A DNA stretch of 64,000 nt. Source: a virus (taxonomy: Duplodnaviria; Caudoviricetes). The notes below the pieces were generated by a model. It was not told the origin of the DNA and did no database searches. It worked only from the letters and a program-made list of their open reading frames with translations. Shown in pieces: positions 32,728-41,536 of this stretch (its first letter is position 1; every line of letters starts with the position of its first letter). The position numbers and the translations under genes were made by a program. The stretch is taken from the IMG/VR virus record IMGVR_UViG_3300020576_002947, positions 160,001 to 224,000 of that record. The stretch is one strand, 5' to 3'.

Positions 32728-33373
32728 AATGTTTCTTTAGTTCCTCTTCAGGTAGTGCAGTAGATCCTACTCCGCCAGAAAGAAATGTCTTATTATCTAC
32801 TAGACCGATCCTATAATCTGATATCTTTGATGATACATAGGTCATCGTGCCAAAGTTATTCTCTGCATTGAAGGTTACGGTGCTTCCTCTGTCAAAGCCA
32901 TAAGCCGCCGCTACACCCCAAGCATCTTGGTTAGCACCAAGATAAGTAAATACCCATCCTAGTTCTGTACGACCACTAATAAGTGCTGAAAGCTGATCTG
33001 ACTTAAACTCCTTACTTGCGTTCTCACAGCCATCCGTATAAGTAATAACGATAGGTGCAAGATAGTTCTTCTTCCACTCCATAGAATTAATAACTGTATG
33101 TACTGAGTCTACTAGAGCTGTCATGCCTCTTGGAACAAAGGTTTCCCTTGTTAGATCCTGTACCTTAGATGCTTCTACATCAAGGCAATATTCAAGTAGT
33201 TCATGGTCAAATAGATAAATTGAAACAAAACTCTTAACCTTTTGATCCTTTCTAAGATCAGCAAGCATTGAGTTCACTCCACCAATAACATCATTAACAA
33301 TACTACCCATCGAACCGGAACGGTCAAGGATCAAAACTACTTGCTGATTTTTAACAGGCTTTTGAATTTTCAT
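32714..33373 (-). CDS. von Willebrand factor A domain protein
   Basis: MIDAS motif LDRSGSM, PRGMTAL.D, TDG.ENAS, F.YLGANQDA. Confidence 0.9.
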   Translation of the reverse strand: MKIQKPVKNQQVVLILDRSGSMGSIVNDVIGGVNSMLADLRKDQKVKSFVSIYLFDHELLEYCLDVEASKVQDLTRETFVPRGMTALVDSVHTVINSMEWKKNYLAPIVITYTDGCENASKEFKSDQLSALISGRTELGWVFTYLGANQDAWGVAAAYGFDRGSTVTFNAENNFGTMTYVSSKISDYRIGLVDNKTFLSGGVGSTALPEEELKKHYEQQ

Positions 33374-33376
33374 TAC

Positions 33377-34414
33377 TTATAATGTAATCTCATCCTCCAA
33401 ACTTATTAGGTCCATGGCATTGCTTACTTCCGCAATAGTATTCTTATCTATCATATACTCAAAGTCCTTATAATCTACTTCTTTAATTTCTGCTAAGGTC
33501 TTAACTTGACTTTCATCTGCATTGCCAACGTATACTGAAATATTTACTCTTCCAGGTCTAAGAAGAGCTGGTGGTATATTATTAAGGTTATTTGAAGTGG
33601 CTACAATACAGAGATCGTTAGATAGATAGCCATCAAAAATCTGTAGTAGTGTGTGTAGATTCTGCTTGTTTGTATTTAAGAGTATATCCAAATCCTCAAA
33701 GACCATCAACCCATAATCTATCTCACTTACTGCCATTCTTAAGTTGCCTGGGTTCATATCTGTAGTAAATAAATAAACAGGTAGGTTTTCTTGCAGAGCT
33801 AGCAAAGTGCTAAAGGTAGTCTTGCCTGTTCCAGGAGGCCCATGAAGCAGAATTGATTTTCTTTTTTCAGCAGGAACTTTTAGTAGATTAGTTAGCTTAT
33901 CTGGAAGTGGTAGAAGATCAGGTCTTACAACACGGCTAGATGAGAACTTCCAGTTAAAATTATAGGAATAAGAACTTACTTTACTATTAGGGGAACTTAA
34001 ATTTTCTAGCCTAGCTACAAGCTCATTAATATCACCTTGTAAAACAAACAGTTCTATCCTAGACTCTCTAGAAGGTTTCTTTGGTGGCCTACCTTCAAGA
34101 GTATTCGGAACTGTATAGTAACTATTAGGCTCGAAGTACCAGAACAAATAGAAACCTTCCCAATGAAAAGCCTGCGTAGTAGGGTACTTAATCTTATCGT
34201 TATATAAACATCTAGTAGGATTTAAAGTTAAAAGGATATCAGCTAGCTTACCACCTTTATCTGAAGACAACTCTAGTACGAGCCTAGGAATGCTAAGAAA
34301 CCTTAATATTTGTGATATCCTATAAGGTGTTGCATTAATATCATCAATAGTTTTTGTTAGCGTATGGAAGTTACTGCTAAACAACGAGAACTTTCTTAAA
34401 AGATCTGGAAGCAT
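33377..34414 (-). CDS. AAA+ ATPase (BCS1-like)
   Basis: LLHGPPGTGKT, MVFEDLD, ATSN...ALLRPGR. Confidence 0.88.
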   Translation of the reverse strand: MLPDLLRKFSLFSSNFHTLTKTIDDINATPYRISQILRFLSIPRLVLELSSDKGGKLADILLTLNPTRCLYNDKIKYPTTQAFHWEGFYLFWYFEPNSYYTVPNTLEGRPPKKPSRESRIELFVLQGDINELVARLENLSSPNSKVSSYSYNFNWKFSSSRVVRPDLLPLPDKLTNLLKVPAEKRKSILLHGPPGTGKTTFSTLLALQENLPVYLFTTDMNPGNLRMAVSEIDYGLMVFEDLDILLNTNKQNLHTLLQIFDGYLSNDLCIVATSNNLNNIPPALLRPGRVNISVYVGNADESQVKTLAEIKEVDYKDFEYMIDKNTIAEVSNAMDLISLEDEITL

Positions 34415-34534
34415 TTATAGTAATGTCCTAACAACATAAAAATGCGTTAGGACCAAAAAAATTGATTTTTAAAAAAACCGAAGGTGCTAAACTCAACCTT
34501 TTAGAAGCTAGAATTCAGCACCCCGGGGTCTAAA

Positions 34535-34606
34535 TTAGCAGCCTTTTCCGCCGCCGCCTTTCTTTCCGCCGCCTGATGACCCGCCTTTCTTGTTACCTTT
34601 TGCCAT
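34535..34606 (-). CDS. 23-aa Gly/Lys-rich peptide
   Basis: Not in the ORF track. MAKGNKKGGSSGGGKKGGGGKGC, with GAGG upstream of the ATG; GC-rich codons in an AT-rich gap. Confidence 0.55.
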   Translation of the reverse strand: MAKGNKKGGSSGGGKKGGGGKGC

Positions 34607-34636
34607 GTTTGTATAGCCTCACTTTTGATAGAGGGG

Positions 34637-34927
34637 TTACACACCGCCAGTAGGAGCTAGAACATCAACTGGAATAACAGTATAAGGTGTTCTGTCAATA
34701 TAACCCATAAACTTATCTCCTACATACATAGAAGCTAGCTCAGGATATTTAATACGAAGCAGATCAAACAAAGACAACGCAGAGTATTCATGCTCAAGCT
34801 CCACAGAAATATCCATAATAAACTTCAATGATTCCAGGTTTGCATCACTCAAATTCCTCAAGTGCTCAAGAACAGTACTTAAGCCCGTATTACTCATCAT
34901 CTCCACAGTTACACTCACAAGAATCAC
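34637..34927 (-). CDS. Hypothetical protein
   Basis: ORF track; real start probably at the MMSN ATG. Confidence 0.5.
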   Translation of the reverse strand: MILVSVTVEMMSNTGLSTVLEHLRNLSDANLESLKFIMDISVELEHEYSALSLFDLLRIKYPELASMYVGDKFMGYIDRTPYTVIPVDVLAPTGGV

Positions 34928-35225
34928 AGCTACAGTTATCTTCTATCATACCCTTAAACTGATCCTGATACTCCTCCCAATCCATCAACTTAAACTCCTC
35001 AATAATATCATTGTCATTAGCATAGGCAACTAGTACTTGTCCCTGTGTAATAAGATAGCCATTAATAAAACCTAGAACAGATGCCCACCCATGAGGATCA
35101 GCTTGAACAGTAGGATGATCTTGCATACCATCACCTAAATAAACTTTCCCAAACAAGAAGTTACTAAAGGCCATAGGATTAATAGCGTTGACACTTTCCA
35201 AATACTTCAAAAAATCAGCATTCAT
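34890..35225 (-). CDS. Hypothetical protein with Cys-rich acidic tail
   Basis: ATG at 35225 overlaps the upstream stop (ATGA); ends CSCDSCECNC. Confidence 0.55.
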   Translation of the reverse strand: MNADFLKYLESVNAINPMAFSNFLFGKVYLGDGMQDHPTVQADPHGWASVLGFINGYLITQGQVLVAYANDNDIIEEFKLMDWEEYQDQFKGMIEDNCSCDSCECNCGDDE

Positions 35226-36265
35226 ATAGAGTAATGTAGCTCCCAATCCTTATGTGATTTTCTGTACCCATGAACGACCTTAGTAATAGCAGAAGGCTTA
35301 ACACCTGCCAACCTACAGAAATCAGCAATCTTAAAACAACTAACGATCTCACCGGTAACAGTATTCTTAAAAGAAATCTTAGACTGATTATCTAATGAAT
35401 ATCCTTTGTACGATTTAATCTGACCGTTAATTAAAAGACTTAACCTCTTACTAGGAATACTATACTTTTTTGAAAACTCTGAAACTGAATTAGCTTCATA
35501 CACAATACCATCAGCATCAACTAATCGAACAACTTTAGAATATTTCTTTGGTTTATTTGGTGACAAAGTGTAGCCCTTATATGAAACTTCTCTTCTAGTA
35601 ACCATAGAATAAAAAGAAGAGTGGTTTAGATTATTATCTCTGCAAAACTGAGCTATATTTGTAAGAATGATTTCATTGCCCTCAGGATCATATACAGTAA
35701 CAGTTCTACCTATAGGTGTCTTAGGCTTTATCTCTTTAGGTATCGTATTAGGAACCTCACCTAACCTATACCAACCTTTATAAAACTTCTTATTACCCCC
35801 TAGAACTTTTTGAACATCTTTATAGCCAGGAAGACTATACTCTTTACAAAATTTAGCTATATTAGAAAATTCTACAATAGTACCATCAATATGCTGAAGA
35901 GTTTTAATTTTTAGAGGAATTGAAATTTTTTCCTGTCTTTTTACTCTTTGTTTCCTTAGTAGTAAAGGACTCTCATAAAAAGTTTGATAATAGTTCTCAA
36001 GATTAGTAAGATCTTCTACAGGACATGAGGCTAGTAATTCGAAAGAAAAATCTTCCCTTCCAAAAAGACTATGAGACTTATTTAGTTCTACTATAGTGTG
36101 TCTGTTATAGTGAGCATAGACCATGTGCTGCGATATACGCTGTCTTACATCTTTAGAAGATCCTACATAGTATTGTCCTGTAGAAATAATATTAATCTTA
36201 TAAACACCAGAGCCTTTATTATTATCTCGAAACTCATTGTATGTTAGAGATTTATTGTAAACCAT
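35222..36265 (-). CDS. Free-standing GIY-YIG homing endonuclease with four tandem DNA-binding repeats
   Basis: GVY...YVGSS...R...H...E catalytic domain; four ~45-aa repeats of type G....N/S..FC/S...L....YKG(W/Y). Confidence 0.9.
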   Translation of the reverse strand: MVYNKSLTYNEFRDNNKGSGVYKINIISTGQYYVGSSKDVRQRISQHMVYAHYNRHTIVELNKSHSLFGREDFSFELLASCPVEDLTNLENYYQTFYESPLLLRKQRVKRQEKISIPLKIKTLQHIDGTIVEFSNIAKFCKEYSLPGYKDVQKVLGGNKKFYKGWYRLGEVPNTIPKEIKPKTPIGRTVTVYDPEGNEIILTNIAQFCRDNNLNHSSFYSMVTRREVSYKGYTLSPNKPKKYSKVVRLVDADGIVYEANSVSEFSKKYSIPSKRLSLLINGQIKSYKGYSLDNQSKISFKNTVTGEIVSCFKIADFCRLAGVKPSAITKVVHGYRKSHKDWELHYSI

Positions 36266-36415
36266 ATTAATAATGTAAGTCGCATTTTAGCTTTTTATGA
36301 CCTTAGACTTTTTATTTATTAACTGTAAGTATGAAAATGGGGGTATTAACTATATATATAAGGGGGTATATCTCATTTTATACCCCGGGGTCAAAAAGGC
36401 CCACTTGGAGAAAAC

Positions 36416-36664
36416 ATGAAAAACATTCTGATCGTCGTTTCATTCATCATCGTCTCAGTCATCATCATGACTGGACTCTTCTCATTCTTCAGCGGCGTTG
36501 CTCAGAAATCAGCAGCGTCGAAGCAGCTTATCCTTTGTCAGGATAAGTTGAATCATGGCGGAGTGCGATACATGGACGAGAAGCCCTCATGTGGCAATCT
36601 CGTTATTGTTGTGCGTGAGAATGACCATGTGGGTATGCCCATGTGGGCTGCTCACATGAAGTAG
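36416..36664 (+). CDS. Early membrane-anchored protein
   Basis: TGGAG ribosome-binding site; N-terminal TM helix; first gene of the plus arm. Confidence 0.6.
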   Translation: MKNILIVVSFIIVSVIIMTGLFSFFSGVAQKSAASKQLILCQDKLNHGGVRYMDEKPSCGNLVIVVRENDHVGMPMWAAHMK

Positions 36665-36670
36665 TTCAAT

Positions 36671-36748
36671 AAGGGTAGTACTGTAATAGTATTACCCTTT
36701 AATTTTACTGTAGACTACTAGGGCCAAACAAGGCCTACTGTTATAAGG
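36671..36748 (+). promoter_or_regulatory. Terminator hairpin plus repeated hairpin element, copy 1
   Basis: AAGGGTAGTACT/AGTATTACCCTT stem, then TAGACTActaGGGCC-aaacaa-GGCCTA. Confidence 0.6.
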
Positions 36749-36776
36749 TACAGTATAACTATCTTAAGAGTACACT

Positions 36777-37199
36777 ATGCAACTCACTCTCAACAGCAGC
36801 ATCACTACTCTCCTCGGAGAGGTCTCTTTCGTCAACGCTGATTACTGTGTCAAGTCCTTTGATGACATGACCAATGTGATCCGAATGTGTGTGTGGCTTG
36901 GTGAATCCAGGCTTGACAAGAACTATGTCAGCAGAAGGACCATGACCCTGTCCCAGGCCTCTGATTGGGACACTCTTAGTGCAGCATGGTCAATCCTTGA
37001 AGCTGCAAAGAAGCAGTACATGGCAGAGCTTCCTGTGTGGAGCACTGCTGCAATGGTTTCTGCTACGGTAGAGAACATTGAGGAGATCGTTGTTCTCCAG
37101 TGGCAGATCCGCTGCTGGATGGACAAGGTGTGGGAAGCAGAAAGTAATCTGAGGGCTTCGGCCTTGAATAAGCTTCTCAGTATGGAGGCTTGGATCTGA
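36777..37199 (+). CDS. Early hypothetical protein
   Basis: 140-aa ORF between repeated elements. Confidence 0.65.
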   Translation: MQLTLNSSITTLLGEVSFVNADYCVKSFDDMTNVIRMCVWLGESRLDKNYVSRRTMTLSQASDWDTLSAAWSILEAAKKQYMAELPVWSTAAMVSATVENIEEIVVLQWQIRCWMDKVWEAESNLRASALNKLLSMEAWI

Positions 37200-37200
37200 G

Positions 37201-37285
37201 TAATAAGGGTAGTATCAGTAATGGTACTACCCTTATTATTTATTATAGTCTATATGGGCTAAATAAAGCCTATAGTTTGATAAGG
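37201..37285 (+). promoter_or_regulatory. Terminator hairpin plus repeated hairpin element, copy 2
   Basis: 17-bp stem TAATAAGGGTAGTATCA/TGGTACTACCCTTATTA, then TAGTCTAtatGGGCT-aaataa-AGCCTA. Confidence 0.6.
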
Positions 37286-37316
37286 TTCTAGTGAAAAACC
37301 TTTGTCAATGGAGAAC

Positions 37317-37559
37317 ATGATGAAAATCAAGCTCAAAAGCATCAACGCAGAAATGACCCTCACTGAGGGTCCTCAACTGAGGATCTTGGCAGGTGGGACG
37401 ACGAAGAGTGAGGGTCTTCCCGCTCTTCTTGAACTCAAGAGGTGGTCAGAATACCTCGTCTCAACTCTGGGGGAAGAGCCCTTGGACTTGATCAAGGAAG
37501 ATTTGAACAGTGTTAATTCGTTGCTTCATGCAGCGATTAACATGTTGATGGCCCCTTAA
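37317..37559 (+). CDS. Early hypothetical protein (paralog of the next gene)
   Basis: TGGAG RBS; IKL.S.N..MTLT...W..YLV...K.DL..V.SL shared with 37620-37850. Confidence 0.65.
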   Translation: MMKIKLKSINAEMTLTEGPQLRILAGGTTKSEGLPALLELKRWSEYLVSTLGEEPLDLIKEDLNSVNSLLHAAINMLMAP

Positions 37560-37619
37560 AACAACCAAGTTGTCTTTGATCCTTTCCAATTAAAAGAAAG
37601 GTGTCCACTGGAGAAGAGG

Positions 37620-37850
37620 ATGAAACAGATCAAACTTGAATCAAACAACGTCACCATGACTCTCACTGCTGAGAACCTCGTCGTTCTCAACAACGGCGGA
37701 AGCTCCCGATACCTTCGAAGTGAGGACGCTCTTGGCGTTCTCATCGACTGGGTTGATTACCTTGTCGAACTGATCCCCGCCGATCCTATTGTGGTGAAGG
37801 CAGATCTGAGAAGAGTTCTTTCCCTCGTGAAAGAGTTCACTCACGTCTGA
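37620..37850 (+). CDS. Early hypothetical protein (paralog of the previous gene)
   Basis: TGGAG RBS; same motif pattern. Confidence 0.65.
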   Translation: MKQIKLESNNVTMTLTAENLVVLNNGGSSRYLRSEDALGVLIDWVDYLVELIPADPIVVKADLRRVLSLVKEFTHV

Positions 37851-37917
37851 GTAATAATTAGTGTACAGTGTCTATAACTGGGTAGCGTGTAACTCGCTTA
37901 ATCTTCTGGAGAAAGAA

Positions 37918-38127
37918 ATGAAAAAGAACAAGTTCTTTTCCGAGGCTTTGGCCTCTCTCGTCGTCGCAGTCTTGGTTGGCACGGGCTGCTTCTTCCTCAC
38001 GTTGTGGGGACTTGACCTCTTCTGGAATGGGGCTTGGGATATGGATGTCCTGAACGCCATTGCTCTCTTCAGTGCGGTGTCGTTCGGAGTTATCTCCGGT
38101 ATGCTGCGCTGGAATGTGAAGAGGTAA
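37918..38127 (+). CDS. Early two-TM membrane protein
   Basis: TGGAG RBS before ATG 37918; two hydrophobic helices. Confidence 0.6.
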   Translation: MKKNKFFSEALASLVVAVLVGTGCFFLTLWGLDLFWNGAWDMDVLNAIALFSAVSFGVISGMLRWNVKR

Positions 38128-38134
38128 TCAAATT

Positions 38135-38200
38135 GGGGCTGAGAGAAATCTTGGCCCCTTTTAATTTATAATAGTCTATAGGGGCTATTAAGCCTACTAG
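38135..38200 (+). promoter_or_regulatory. Terminator plus repeated hairpin element, copy 3
   Basis: GGGGCTGAGA/TCTTGGCCCC stem with TTTT, then TAGTCTAtagGGGCT-atta-AGCCTA. Confidence 0.6.
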
Positions 38201-38316
38201 TCGAGCCAGTTAACGACTTAAGAATAATATACTGGTTTCTGTACTTTCCTAGCTTCTTGAAGCTTCTACTAGGAACAGAATAAAACGTCGTACAAGAACT
38301 GTCCCCATGGAGTAAC

Positions 38317-38895
38317 ATGAAACTGTTCATGAACCCGATCTGGGCTTATCTGGCCCATTCCACTCTCCAGCATCTGGGCTGGAACAATCAGACCGCTTCG
38401 GTGGTCAGCGTCCCTTCGACCGTCAAGGTCACTGACAGGAAGCAGATGGAGGCTGCATCCTCTCGTCTGCACCAGAACCATAGTCTGATGCAGAAATCAG
38501 CAGCTCTTGAGGCCAAGCACGGCTTCAGGGCTGCTTGTGCAGCGTCCAGGATCGAGATTTCGGGTCTCGATGCCAATGCTGAGCGCAAGGAGTTCGTCCT
38601 TGTTCTCGGCAAGGCTCTGGGTAGCTTCTTTGCTGCTCCTACTCTCACTGCTGGTCAGATGATTCTGGCTGCAGTGGCCGGACTTGTGTGGCTTCCTCGA
38701 TTCGTTCGGGAAGTCCTCGCCAAGGTTCGCCTCTTGGTTGGCAAGATGATTCTTGCTGCCAAGAAGGCAGAAGCCATCGCCCAGGCTACCTACGTGGCCG
38801 AAGTCAAGGCAGCTAGGGTGGCTGCAGCAGAGATGGTTACAGAAGCCATCAGGAGGTGGGCCACTCCGGCTAAGAAGGTTAAGCAGGCCAAGTAA
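38317..38895 (+). CDS. Early Ala/Lys-rich protein
   Basis: 192 aa, TGGAG RBS. Confidence 0.65.
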   Translation: MKLFMNPIWAYLAHSTLQHLGWNNQTASVVSVPSTVKVTDRKQMEAASSRLHQNHSLMQKSAALEAKHGFRAACAASRIEISGLDANAERKEFVLVLGKALGSFFAAPTLTAGQMILAAVAGLVWLPRFVREVLAKVRLLVGKMILAAKKAEAIAQATYVAEVKAARVAAAEMVTEAIRRWATPAKKVKQAK

Positions 38896-38933
38896 GGGAT
38901 TTAATTCCCACGACTGCGGATAGGATAATTAAA

Positions 38934-39389
38934 ATGTCCGATCCTAAGTTGGTTGAGCTTCAGGCAGTTACTAAGGCTGCTTGGGAAGCTTATAAGGCTG
39001 CATTGTCGGCTGAGAAGACTTACCGCAAGGAAGTTGGACAGGCTGCTGCTGTGGCATGGAAGGCTGAGAGAGCCCAGCTCAATGAGACCGAGAAGGCTCT
39101 TATTGATGAGCTCACTACTGTGCTGGAGAATTCCTTCGCCCAGTGGAGAATGGCTAAGAAGACTGAGTTTGCACAGTGGAAGGCAGACTTGGCTTTGTCT
39201 GATGCCATGAAGACAGCAATTCCACCCAAACCTAAGATGGTGTGGGAAGTAGAGACTGTCGAAGGTGTTAAGCCCTCGACACTCTTGGCGGCTGCAGGCC
39301 AGGTGATTGCTAAGCACAATGAGGCTAAGATCACCAAAGGTCTTGAGCCACTGAAGGTTTCTGCTAGGATCAAGAAGGAGGCTAACTAA
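38934..39389 (+). CDS. Early helical Ala/Lys-rich protein
   Basis: 151-aa ORF. Confidence 0.65.
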   Translation: MSDPKLVELQAVTKAAWEAYKAALSAEKTYRKEVGQAAAVAWKAERAQLNETEKALIDELTTVLENSFAQWRMAKKTEFAQWKADLALSDAMKTAIPPKPKMVWEVETVEGVKPSTLLAAAGQVIAKHNEAKITKGLEPLKVSARIKKEAN

Positions 39390-39535
39390 TGTTGGCCGTG
39401 TTCCTGCTGCTGGTAGGGTTCGGAATGATTGGTTATGGAGCATTCCTCCAGACCATCAATGAGATCAAGAATTCCTGAGATTGTTGCGGCTATTTGCGTA
39501 GTCGTAGTTCTCTTGGGAGTGTTGTGGAGATAACC

Positions 39536-40789
39536 ATGAATCAATTCGAGATTCAAGCACAGAAGATCGTCAACAAGGTCTTCCCTAAGGTCATTTGTGG
39601 TGAGAAGGCCTCTGATCATCTGAGACAGATCATCGAGACCAAGCTGGCTAATGGGAGGCAAGTTACTCTGAGCATCAAACACTCAGATCATCAGAAGGCT
39701 CTCAGTAGCATTACTGGAGTTCCCTGTGTTGAGGGCTTCAGAATCAAGGACCGCCAGGTTTGGGTCGGCTATGAAGTTAAGCAAAGGCCTTTTACAGATG
39801 CAGATTGTTCTGCACCAAGACTTCGCGTGCATTCTGATGAAGATGGGTATCCTTACGTCTATCGTCTGGAGTGGGTAACTGTGAATCAGAAGCTTCTTCC
39901 TGAGATGCTGGAGGTGGTAACTGATTCAGCTTCTAAAGGACAGAAGACAAGGTTTGGTGTTGTCCAGTCAGGGATGAAGGCTAAGTCGGCTAACATGGTC
40001 GAGTATCATGTTGATACCAAGCACATGGAACGCCTGGGTATTGATATCTTCAGGGATCTGATGACAGGTCCTGGTGGGATGTATTTGGTCTACAAATGGT
40101 CTCTGGTTAACCAAATGCTTCAAAAGTTTGAGGCTCATTTGGCAATCCATGAGGATCATGAGGCTATCATGAACCACCCAGAACTGCCTGACTTTCGAAG
40201 AAAGATTAGGGCAATGCTTGGAAAGATGGGCAAGCCTGCGTTTATTTATCACAGGATGTCAATTGGATCGGCTAGTCATAGAGGTATTGACCATGCCGAC
40301 TCACTTGACTACCTGACACTCAATCAAGTGAAGACTATTCCAACGTTTGAGAGAATGTTGGAGATTGGTGCTCAGATCGAAGCTGATGAAAAGGCTAGGA
40401 GAGAGGCATTGAGATACAAGGCTCCTGCATCACCACCTAAAATGTGGGAAGACGATAGCCTGAAGGTGAAACTTCTTCGCCCAGGAATTGAGTTCATTGT
40501 CGAAGGAAGGGAAATGCACCACTGTGTTGGCGGATACAGTGGATTTAACTCCATCATTCTCGGCGTTGAGATTTATGGTGTTCGTGCCACAGTTGAGCTG
40601 AATCGTACAGGAGACATTCGCCAACTAAGAGGCGTCTGCAACGAAGGCCTTCCAATGGAAAGCCAATTCCTTTTCCGAGACTGGCTTAAGAACAATCTCA
40701 AAGAAGTTCTTGAAACAGTGGAGAATGAGGACTACTACAGTAGTGATCACACTGCTATCGTTGTAGACAACGACCCATTCGCCTGGTAA
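39536..40789 (+). CDS. PcfJ-like domain protein
   Basis: EGREMHHCVGGY...ATVEL...QLRG..N C-terminal signature; TGGAG RBS before ATG 39536. Confidence 0.8.
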   Translation: MNQFEIQAQKIVNKVFPKVICGEKASDHLRQIIETKLANGRQVTLSIKHSDHQKALSSITGVPCVEGFRIKDRQVWVGYEVKQRPFTDADCSAPRLRVHSDEDGYPYVYRLEWVTVNQKLLPEMLEVVTDSASKGQKTRFGVVQSGMKAKSANMVEYHVDTKHMERLGIDIFRDLMTGPGGMYLVYKWSLVNQMLQKFEAHLAIHEDHEAIMNHPELPDFRRKIRAMLGKMGKPAFIYHRMSIGSASHRGIDHADSLDYLTLNQVKTIPTFERMLEIGAQIEADEKARREALRYKAPASPPKMWEDDSLKVKLLRPGIEFIVEGREMHHCVGGYSGFNSIILGVEIYGVRATVELNRTGDIRQLRGVCNEGLPMESQFLFRDWLKNNLKEVLETVENEDYYSSDHTAIVVDNDPFAW

Positions 40790-40818
40790 GGCTATACGAC
40801 TAAGAACTGGAGTAAAAA

Positions 40819-41076
40819 ATGAACTATCACATGTTCAATGAGCCATCTCTTAAGGAGATGAACAGCTTCCGCCATATGGTGGATGAGGATGCAATGCTGG
40901 CTGAGCACGCAGCCTATGACTCTCACGATGGTGTGACTTTCGGATGCAATGCTGATCCGCAAGAGCCTACCACAGACGAGTGGAATGATGTCCACACACA
41001 GAGAGTTGTTGCAAGAGCACTCGCTGCTCAAAGACATCCTTACATGGCCTACCTCAGAGCCACAGGGCCAGCGTAA
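40819..41076 (+). CDS. Early hypothetical protein
   Basis: TGGAG RBS, 85 aa. Confidence 0.6.
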   Translation: MNYHMFNEPSLKEMNSFRHMVDEDAMLAEHAAYDSHDGVTFGCNADPQEPTTDEWNDVHTQRVVARALAAQRHPYMAYLRATGPA

Positions 41077-41372
41077 TGAGAGACTTGTTCTTTGACTCAG
41101 TCCTGGCTGAAAGAAGGGCTACTAAAAGCCTTCTTACGTCAGAAGAACTAGAAGACATTAAGCTACAGAAGGAGGCTGTGGCTGCTCTCAGAGCAAGAAG
41201 AAGACTTCTTCGACAGAGAGAAAAGGAGACTAAAGCGTTGGAAGATGCTTTGGAACTCCTTGATGCTAAGGATGCAATGATTGCGTCTATGGGCATTCAC
41301 GGATGGAGGTTTAGACATCTTGGATATGAGGTTGAGGTGTCTGAGAAAGGGTATAGCTTGAAATGGAATTAA
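41076..41372 (+). CDS. Early coiled-coil protein
   Basis: TAATG coupling, 98 aa. Confidence 0.6.
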   Translation: MRDLFFDSVLAERRATKSLLTSEELEDIKLQKEAVAALRARRRLLRQREKETKALEDALELLDAKDAMIASMGIHGWRFRHLGYEVEVSEKGYSLKWN

Positions 41373-41536
41373 AACTGCAAGCTGATCGGAAGCTCTTGGT
41401 CACCAAGCTTAAGACTCTTCAGTCGAAAGGCAAGTGGAAAGACTGGGATGCTATCAACAGGACGACCCAGAAGATCAATGAGATCGACTGGGAACTCCAG
41501 CGACTAAGTAAGAAGGGGGAAGATAATGAAAGTTAA
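41363..41536 (+). CDS. 57-aa hypothetical protein
   Basis: Not in the ORF track; MELKLQADRKLLV...KKGEDNES fills the gap. Confidence 0.5.
   Translation: MELKLQADRKLLVTKLKTLQSKGKWKDWDAINRTTQKINEIDWELQRLSKKGEDNES

Noticed and set aside
34573-34580. Hammerhead core CTGATGA
   Set aside because: No matching stems or GAAA arrangement; it is the antisense of Ser-Ser codons in the Gly/Lys peptide
36671-38200. CRISPR-like array from the recurring intergenic repeats
   Set aside because: Copies are degenerate and separated by whole genes, not by spacers of uniform length
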